From Eledone cirrhosa (lineage: Eukaryota): 64,000 nucleotides of DNA. A program made the translations under genes and the position numbers. Shown piece by piece: positions 54,666-64,000 of the stretch. Position 1 is the stretch's first letter; each line of letters starts with the position of its first letter. The stretch lies in the NCBI GenBank assembly GCA_964016885.1, contig OZ024764.1, positions 1,240,001 through 1,304,000 on the forward strand, read 5' to 3'. The notes under the pieces are model-generated. The model made no database searches. It was not told the DNA's origin and worked only from the letters and a program-made list of their open reading frames with translations.

Positions 54666-55215
54666 TCAGATAGCGATGTTGGTTCAAGAGAGTACAACAG
54701 GTAGTTGTTGTTATGGTGGGGCCCTACCATGGATGCTGGAAGGGGGGATGATGCAGCGGTGGTGGTGGTGGTGATGGCATGAGTTCTGTGGTGTGGCGTT
54801 GATAGTAGTTACATTACAATTGAGTTCTAAGCAACAATTTTGGAAGGATATATAAATATGGGTATATGTGTCTGTGTGTGTATATAAACACACACAGATA
54901 CATACATAGATATACAAACATATATATATATATATACACACATAGATACAGACACACACACATATATACACATATATAAATGTGCACATATATATACATA
55001 TATATACATACATATATATACATATATATATATACATATATACATACACATACATATATATATACATATATATATACATATATATATATATATACACATA
55101 TATATATACATATACACATATATATACATATACACATATATATATACATATATACATATACATACATATATACATATATATATACACATACATACATATA
55201 TACATATATATATAC

Positions 55216-55246
<31 letters not shown>

Positions 55247-55361
55247 CACATATATATATACATACATATATATATACATATATATATACATATATATACA
55301 TACATATACATATATATATACATATATATACATACATATATATATATACATATATATACAT

Positions 55362-55392
<31 letters not shown>

Positions 55393-55596
55393 CATATATA
55401 TACATACATATATATACATATATATACATACATATATATACATATACATATATATATACATATATATGTAAAAGTTTTATTTAAATTGTTGGGATACAAC
55501 AAGCAAATATTTTTATATATACATATATATATATGTATATATACATATATAGATATATATACATATATATATATACATATATATATACATATATAC

Positions 55597-55629
<33 letters not shown>

Positions 55630-55633
55630 CACA

Positions 55634-55665
<32 letters not shown>

Positions 55666-56241
55666 CATATATATATACATATACATATATATACACATAA
55701 ATATATACATATATATACATACATATATATATACATATATATATATATACATATATATATATACATATATATATACATATATACATATACATATATATAT
55801 ATACATATACATATATATACACATAAATATATACATATATGTATATATTTATGTGCATATATATATACATATACATATATATATATACATACATATATAT
55901 ATACATATACATATACACATATACATATATACATATACATATACATATATATACATACATAAATATATACATATATAAACATATATATATATACATATAT
56001 ATATATACATATATATACATATATATATGTATAATATATATATATACATATATATATATATGTATATATATATAATATATATACATATACATATATATAT
56101 ATATGTATATATAAACACATACGCGCACACATGTAGCCACACAGTCACATACAGATGCAGCCACGCACGCACACACAGAGATTTGTGTTACACATAGATT
56201 ATTCCGGGGGCCCCGCTGGTGTGTGAGTGTGTGACCCCCTC

Positions 56242-56480
56242 TCAGGCGATGACCCGATAGTACTGGGCGTGGTCCGTGATGGTGGCCTTCTGTGCGATGG
56301 CCACATGACCAACGAGGTAGATGTTGTCGTAGAGATGACCAGCGAGGTCGTCTTGAATTTCATGGGCGGCACGACGAGTGTTTCGTATGAATTCGCGCTT
56401 GGACATCTTGTTGCGCACGTGTGGACTGCACAGGTCCACAGACAACATGATCAGGGAGAAGCATAGTATGAAGACTGTGT
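56242..56480 (-). CDS. FBXO8: F-box only protein 8 (Sec7 domain), last coding exon
   Basis: (D)[38 protein letters not shown]...[14 protein letters not shown] closely matches the recalled FBXO8 C-terminus; acceptor tttccaccag. Confidence 0.93.
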
Positions 56481-56509
56481 CTGGTGGAAAGAAAATATAA
56501 TATAATATA

Positions 56510-57460
56510 ATATATACTGTTATATTTGGGGAGGGTCATATTGTTATAATATTGCCAGCAATATATAGTAAAACACACTCACAGTTTGGTGTGGTTTTCG
56601 CTTCAGTGTATTTTATATTTCTATAATTAATTTAGCTGGCAATCAATGTTTAACCCTTTAGCATTTATATTACTCTATATATACCGGGTGATGTGTTGTA
56701 ATATAATATATACTGTTATATTCGGGGAGGGTCATATTGTTATAATATTGCCAGCAATATATAGTAAAACACACTCACAGTTTGGTTTTCGCTTCAGTGT
56801 ATTTTATATTTCTGTAATTAATTTAGCTGGCAATCAATGTTTAACCCTTTAGCATTCATATTACTCTATATATACTGGGTGATGTGTTGTAATATAATAT
56901 ATACTGTTATATTCGGGGAGGGTCATATTGTTATAATATTGCCAGCAATATATAGTAAAACACACTCACAGTTTGGTTTTCGCTTCAGTGTATTTTATAT
57001 TTCTGTAATTAATTTAGCTGGCAATCAATGTTTAACCCTTTAGCATTCATATTACTCTATATATACCGGGTGATGTGTTGTAATATAATATATACTGTTA
57101 TATTCGGGGAGGGTCATATTGTTATAATATTGCCAGCAATATATAGTAAAACACACTCACAGTTTGGTTTTCGCTTCAGTGTATTTTATATTTCTATAAT
57201 TAATTTAGCTGGCAATCAATGTTTAACCCTTTAGCATTCATATTACTCTATATATACTGGGTGATGTGTTGTAATATAATATATACTGTTATATTTGGGG
57301 AGGGTCATATTGTTATAATATTGCCAGCAATATATAGTAAAACACACTCACAGTTTGGTTTTCGCTTCAGTGTATTTTATATTTCTATAATTAATTTAGC
57401 TGACAATCAATGTTTAACCCTTTAGCATTCATATTACTCTATATATACCGGGTGATGTGT
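56510..57460. repeat. 191 bp tandem x5 in the FBXO8 last intron
   Basis: ORF-track starts at 56646, 56837, 57028, 57219 show the period. Confidence 0.95.
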
Positions 57461-57727
57461 TGTTTCCTTGAGCAAGACACTTTATTTCTCATTGCTCCAG
57501 TTTACTCAGATGTAGAAATGAGATGATAGGGACTGGGGTCCCTATCATTCCACTGTAAACTGGACGTGTAGGCGCCATGGAAAAGAGCACCCAGCACTCA
57601 CTGTAAATGAGGTTGGTGTTAGGAAGGGCATCCAGCTGTAGAAATCAAGCCAGAATCAGTTCCCGTCCCACCCTTGCAAGCAGGGAAAAGTGGACGTAAA
57701 ATGATGATGATGATGATGATGATGATA
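57447..57727 (+). mobile_element. 5'-truncated SINE family A
   Basis: Body and (ATG)n tail. Confidence 0.85.
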
Positions 57728-58337
57728 CTATTATATAGAATAATATTGGAAATAATTATTTGCAAAATATAATAGTAAATATAATGTAAATGTTATGTGT
57801 GATATTATGTGAGGTAAAGCCTTTACTGTGAAAATACAATAGTATATATAGAGTAATGTAAATGTTATGTGAGATATTATGTGAGGTAAAGCCTTTACTG
57901 TGACAATACAATAGTATATATAGAGTAATGTAAATGGTATGTGAGATATTATGTGAGGTAAAGCCTTTACTGTGAAAATACAATAGTATATATAGAGTAA
58001 TGAAAATGCTAAAGGGTTAAATATTGATTGCCAGCTGAATTAATTATAGAAATATAAAATATACTGAAGCGAAAATCAACATGACCACTTCACAGGGTGG
58101 ACTGGGTGCTTTTTGTCGTGTCACCAACACAACCACTTTACAGGGTGGGGTGGGTGCTTTTGTCAAATCGCCAACATAACCACTTTACAGGATGGGGTGG
58201 GTGATTTTGTCAAGTCACCAACATAACCACTTTACAGGGTGGGGTGGGTGATTTGGTCATGTCACCAACATAACCACTTTACAGGGTGGACATAGTTCTG
58301 GGACCCGGTATACATACATATAAAATAAGACAGTTAC

Positions 58338-58522
58338 CTTTCGAGAGCCCTAGGTTTGGGTTACACAGACAGTACTGGTCGGAAAACATTTCAATCATAT
58401 CTGTAAGGTAACTACCACGTTCTCCCGGGGCAGAAACCTCGCTGAAAAACTGCCGAAGCGCTGTTGGCAAAAATAAACTGTTGAAGTTCTGTAGCCGTAT
58501 TAAGTAGTGGAGGACGTCACGC
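58338..58522 (-). CDS. FBXO8: FBXO8 exon (Sec7)
   Basis: catccag|G-RDVLHYLIRLQNFNSLFLPTALRQFFSEVSAPGERGSYL...NPNLGLSK-G|gtaac. Confidence 0.92.
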
Positions 58523-58532
58523 CTGGATGCAG

Positions 58533-59578
58533 ACAGATTGTGAAAATTTACAGTATTACAGTAAAGACTTTAATATTTAATGTGATGTAGTCATAGTGTT
58601 GTTTTGTACTAAATGTTTATAGTATCTTTAATAGTGGACAGATTGTTGTGAAAATTTACAGTATTAAAGTAAAGACTTTAATATTTAATGTGATGTAGTC
58701 ATAGTGTTGTTTTGTACTAAATGTTTATAGTATCTTTACTGGTAGACAGACTGTTGTGAAAATTTACAGTATTACAGTAAAGACTTTAATATTTAATGTG
58801 ATGTAGTCATAGTGTTGTTTTGTACTAAATGTTTATAGTATCTTTACTAGTGGACAGATTGTTGTGAAAATTTACAGTATTACAGTAAAGACTTTAGTAT
58901 TTAATGTGATGTAGTCATAGTGTTGTTTTGTACTAAATGTTTATAGTATCTTTACTGGTAGACAGATTGTTGTGAAAATTTACAGTATTACAGTAAAGAC
59001 TTTAATATTTAATGTGATGTAGTCATAGTGTTGTTTTGTACTAAATGTTTATAGTATCTTTACTGGTGGACAGATTGTTGTGAAAATTTACAGTATTACA
59101 GTAAAGACTTTAATATTTAATGTGATGTAGTCATAGTGTTGTTTTGTACTAAATGTTTATAGTATATTTACTGGTGGACAGATTGTTGTGAAAATTTACA
59201 GTATTACAGTAAAGACTTTAATATTTAATGTGATGTAGTCATAGTGTTGTTTTGTACTAAATGTTTATAGTATCTTTAATAGTGGACAGATTGTTGTGAA
59301 AATTTACAGTATTAAAGTAAAGACTTTAATATTTAATGTGATGTAGTCATAGTGTTGTTTTGTACTAAATGTTTATAGTATCTTTACTGGTAGACAGACT
59401 GTTGTGAAAATTTACAGTATTACAGTAAAGACTTTAATATTTAATGTGATGTAGTCATAGTGTTGTTTTGTACTAAATGTTTATAGTATCTTTACTGGTG
59501 GACAGATTGTTGTGAAAATTTACAGTATTACAGTAAAGACTTTAATATTTAATGTGATGTAGTCATAGTGTTTTGTAC
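58533..59578. repeat. 108 bp intronic tandem array (~10 copies)
   Basis: gacagattgttgtgaaaatttacagtattacagtaaagactttaat unit; period 108. Confidence 0.95.
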
Positions 59579-59594
59579 AAAACTCATAATTTAC

Positions 59595-59713
59595 CGTTTA
59601 TATAGAAATTCTCTCCGCATATCTGGGTTGAGACGTTTGGTGGTGTGTAGGAAGTTGGCAATAGCTGCAGGGTTGTCATCTACCAGACTCTGACGAAATA
59701 AATAGTTCATACC
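59595..59713 (-). CDS. FBXO8: FBXO8 exon
   Basis: ttgcag|GMNYLFRQSLVDDNPAAIANFLHTTKRLNPDMRREFLYK-CG|gtaaat. Confidence 0.9.
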
Positions 59714-59942
59714 CTGCAAATAGAATCACAATTAAGATTTGTTACTGGTCATTTTAAACCTTTCATTACCATATTTCTAATGAAAGACACTGTTGGTGTT
59801 TGGAACATAACTTAACAAAGGTTCTTACATAAAATTATGATGGAAGGTCTTTAGATAAATATAAACACTTTAACCCTTTCTTTACCATATTTCTAATGAA
59901 AGACACTGTTGGTGTTTGGAACATAACTTAACAAAGGTTCTT

Positions 59943-61101
59943 CTTCTTCACTCGCTTAATACTGAGAGGAGCAGTGTCCTCAAACACGCCCTCCAATGGG
60001 TCCTGTCAAAAACAACCATCTCTAACTGATCCAGCTGGATCCCCAAGTGTGACCAGCCAACCTATAATGTTTTCTAACCAAGGGTCTCCTCAGGGTCTAC
60101 ATATGGGTGGTCTACAAGTCAGTTTGGCTCGTAAAATCTGTCCAGAGATTCTTTCCTGAGACATTCTAACCACGTCTGTAGTATCAGAGCTGTCATCTCT
60201 CAATTCAGAGATTCTTTCCTCAGACATTCTAACCACATGTCTGTAGTATCAGAGCTGTCATCTCTCAATTCAGAGATTCTTTCCTCAGACATTCTAACCA
60301 CATGTCTGTAGTGTCAGAGCTGTGATCTCTCAATTCAGAGATTCTTTCTTGAGACATTCTAACCTCATGTCTGTAGTATCAGAGCTGTGATTTCTCAATT
60401 CAGAGATTCTTTCTTGAGACATTCTAACCACATGTCTGTAGTATCAGAGCTGTGATCTCTCAATTCAGAGATTCTTTCCTGAGACATTCTAACCACATAT
60501 CTGTAGTATCAGAGCTGTGATCTCTCAATTCAGAGATTCTTTCTTGAGACATTCTAACCACATGTCTGTAGTATCAGAGCTGTGATCTCTCAATTCAGAG
60601 ATTCTTTCCTCAGACATTCTAACCACATGTCTGTAGTATCAGAGCTGTGATCTCTCAATTCAGAGATTCTCTCCTGAGACATTCTAACTACATATCTGTA
60701 GTATCAGAGCTGTGATCTCTCAATTCAGAGATTCTTTCTTGAGACATTCTAACCTCATGTCTGTAGTATCAGAGCTGTGATCTCTCAATTCAGAGATTCT
60801 TTCTTGAGACATTCTAACCTCATGTCTGTAGTATCAGAGCTGTGATCTCTCAATTCAGAGATTCTTTGCTGAGACATTCTAACCACATGTCTGTAGTATC
60901 AGAGCTGTGGTCTCTCAATCCAGTGATTCTTTCCTCAGACATTCTAACCACATGTCTGTAGTATCAGAGCTGTGATCTCTCAATTCAGAGATTCTTTCTT
61001 GAGACATTCTAACCACATGTCTGTAGTATCAGAGCTGTGATCTCTCAATTCAGAGATTCTTTCTTGAGACATTCTAACCACATGCCTGTAGTATCAGAGC
61101 T
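59943..61101 (-). mobile_element. RTE LINE 3' end carrying ~15 copies of the 65 bp repeat
   Basis: (GAA)n tail; minus strand RISGQILRAKLTCRPPICRP; flanked by duplicated gaacataactta(a)acaaaggttctt. Confidence 0.75.
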
Positions 61102-61321
61102 GAACATAACTTAAACAAAGGTTCTTACATAAAATTATGATGGAAGCTTTTTAGATAAATATAAACACTTTAACCATTTCATTACCATATTTCTAATGAA
61201 AGACACTTCCCTTCTGATTTTCAAGTAATGTTGAAAATAATCAAGAATTTCGAGGGTTTTAGTTAAATGGCTAACATTCTCATTATTATGCTGGTATTAG
61301 GAATATAGGATGGCTACTTAC

Positions 61322-61451
61322 TATAAATGGATCAACATTAAATGTAAGAGAGGCTTCGTCCAACAGCAGATACAGTCGTTTGTAAGAATATTCTGGCTGG
61401 TCTTGCCACCTATCATATACAGTGACTTCTCCCCAAGAGGCTTTGCACAGG
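61322..61451 (-). CDS. FBXO8: FBXO8 exon (upstream F-box exons lie beyond the window)
   Basis: attcccag|C-LCKASWGEVTVYDRWQDQPEYSYKRLYLLLDEASLTFNVDPFI|gtaagt resembles recalled LCKSTWG...LYMQLDEGSLTFNANP. Confidence 0.9.
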
Positions 61452-61554
61452 CTGGGAATAGAAAAAAGACAATAAGGTTAACCTCTTAACATCCTGTAAT
61501 GGACTTAGCAAAGAAATATCTAAAAGAAGGATTTGTTACTTCAAATATTCATTG

Positions 61555-62895
61555 TATCTTTACTGGTGGACAGATTGTTGTGAAAATTTACATTATTACA
61601 GTAAAGACTTTAATATTTAATGTGATGTAGTCATAGTGTTGTTTTGTACTAAATGTGTATAGTATCTTTACTGGTGGACAGATTGTTGTGAAAATTTACA
61701 GTATTACAGTAAAGACTTTAATATTTAATGTGATGTAGTCATAGTGTTGTTTTGTACTAAATGTTTATAGTATCTTTACTGGGGGACAGATTGTTGTGAA
61801 AATTTACAGTATTACAGTAAAGACTTTAATATTTAATGTGATGTAGTCATAGTGTTGTTTTGTACTAAATGTTTATAGTATCTTTACTGGTGGACAGATT
61901 GTTGTGAAAATTTACAGTATTACAGTAAAGACTTTAATATTTAATGTGATGTAGTCATAGTGTTGTTTTGTACTAAATGTTTATAGTATCTTTACTGGTG
62001 GACAGATTGTTGTGAAAATTTACAGTATTACAGTAAAGACTTTAATATTTAATGTGATGTAGTCATAGTGTTGTTTTGTACTAAATGTTTATAGTATCTT
62101 TACTGGTGGACAGATTGTTGCGAAAATTTACAGTATTACAGTAAAGACTTTAATATTTAATGTGATGTAGTCATAGTGTTGTTTTGTACTAAATGTTTAT
62201 AGTATCTTTACTGGTAGACAGATTGTTGTGAAAATTTACAGTATTACAGTAAAGACTTTAATATTTAATGTGATGTAGTCATAGTGTTGTTTTGTACTAA
62301 ATGTTTATAGTATCTTTACTGGTAGACAGATTGTTGTGAAAATTTACAGTATTACAGTAAAGACTTTAATATTTAATGTGATGTAGTCATAGTGTTGTTT
62401 TGTACTAAATGTTTATAGTATCTTTACTGGTAGACAGATTGTTGTGAAAATTTACAGTATTACAGTAAAGACTTTAATATTTAATGTGATGTAGTCATAG
62501 TGTTGTTTTGTACTAAATGTTTATAGTATCTTTACTGGTGGACAGATTGTTGTGAACATTTACAGTATTACAGTAAAGACTTTAATATTTAATGTGATGT
62601 AGTCATAGTGTTGTTTTATACTAAATGTTTATAGTATCTTTACTGGTGGACAGATTGTTGTGAACATTTACAGTATTACAGTAAAGACTTTAATATTTAA
62701 TGTGATGTAGTCATAGTGTTGTTTTGTACTAAATGTTTATAGTATCTTTACTGGTGGACAGATTGTTGTGAACATTTACAGTATTACAGTAAAGACTTTA
62801 ATATTTAATGTGATGTAGTCATAGTGTTGTTTTGTACTAAATGTTTATAGTATCTTTACTGGTGGACAGATTGTTGTGAACATTTACAGTATTAT
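61555..62895. repeat. 108 bp intronic tandem array (~12 copies), same unit as 58533
   Basis: Direct sequence. Confidence 0.95.
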
Positions 62896-63329
62896 AATAA
62901 ATATTTGTCAAAGATCAATACTACACAGATCGCTCCCTTTAAATACACTAAACATTTTATGGTTATCTGATAGAGGAGTTTCAGATGTTTGTGCAGGAGC
63001 GCAATGTCACTGCTAGCCATAGAGAGCTGTTCTCCCTAGTTACACCGCGGGGTGTGTGTGTGAAAGAAATAGTACTATGTGTTCAACCATCAGTAACACT
63101 TTCTCTCTCTCTCTGTTGCGCTGTATGTCTGTATGTAGATCTATGTCAGGTCGTTCTTTAGCGCTATGGGTCACCGGCGAGCCTGTATCCTGGGCTAGAT
63201 ACCCGATCGCGTGGTTAAACCACTGGGAGTGAAGGACCCCTAGCCTTTGTCAGGGCCTTCTTCAAGCAGAAGGTAACTCAGGAAACTGGGATAACTCCGA
63301 TATAAAACCTGCGGCTCAGTAGTTACAGA

Positions 63330-63607
63330 TGATATCATCATTTCATCATCATTTTATTTTACGTCCGCTTTTCCCTGCTTGCAAGGGTGGGACGGGAACT
63401 GATGCTGGCTTGATTTCTACAGCTGGATGCCTTTCCTAACAACAACCTCATTTACAGTGAGTGCTGGGTGCTTTTTTGCCGTGGCACCTCCACGACCACT
63501 TTGCAGTGGAATGATAGGGACCCCAGTCCCTATCATCTCATTTCTACAGTTGAGTAAACTGGAGCAATGTGAAATAAAGTGTCTTGCTCAAGGAAACAAC
63601 ACATCAT
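63330..63607 (-). mobile_element. 5'-truncated SINE family A
   Basis: Same body as the other copies. Confidence 0.85.
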
Positions 63608-63619
63608 AATATATATAAT

Positions 63620-64000
63620 AAAAAAAATAATAATGAAATTATTGTGTAAAGTGCTCAGGTGCACTACAACTCGTCAATATAGTACATAGAATAATGCACA
63701 AATGTCAGGGAAGTACATGTGTGTATGTGTTAGCTGTAGTGTTGGCGGATCTCGGGAAGCATGGAGGTTTTAAAGGATGCAGTGTCTTGACAGCTAACAA
63801 CTGATGCAGGTAATTTGTTCCATGGAGGTTTTAAAGGATGCAGTGTCTCGACAGCTAACAACTGATGGAGGTAGTTTAATCCATGGAGGTTTTAAAGGAT
63901 GCAGTGTCTCAACAGCTAACAACTGAAGGAGGTAGTTTGTTCCATGGAGGTTTGAAAGGATGCAGTGTCTCGACAGCTAACAACTGATGCTGGTAGTTTG
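63620..64000 (-). mobile_element. CR1/L2 LINE 3' end with a 61 bp tandem array running off the window
   Basis: Unit on the minus strand reads WNKLPASVVSCRDTASFKTS, matching 11280-11336. Confidence 0.85.

Overview
AT-rich, microsatellite- and repeat-saturated animal DNA. The SINE families and (TA)n/(CA)n density suggest an octopus or other cephalopod, which is an inference. Nearly all long ORFs in the track are repeat artefacts. Two spliced host genes can be built with phase-consistent GT-AG introns. The first is a 6-exon plus-strand gene (about 29069-42148) resembling kinetochore protein CENP-Q, with one exon that appears to start inside a SINE. The second is the last four coding exons of FBXO8 (F-box/Sec7) on the minus strand (56242-61451). 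The rest is tRNA-derived SINEs, fragments of RTE, CR1/L2, Tx1, CRE and Penelope retroelements, a deleted Merlin transposon, piggyBac-type MITEs, Helitron-like ends and more than 15 tandem arrays. Several arrays are amplified pieces of LINE coding sequence or SINE bodies. The most striking signal is a dense set of type I hammerhead ribozyme motifs: about 10 unrelated families with a CTGANGA...GAAA core and often a palindromic stem III. They sit in short (TA)n-flanked elements that frequently form large head-to-head palindromes, consistent with non-autonomous Penelope-like or retrozyme-like elements. All homology calls are by-eye comparisons with remembered sequences; no search was run.
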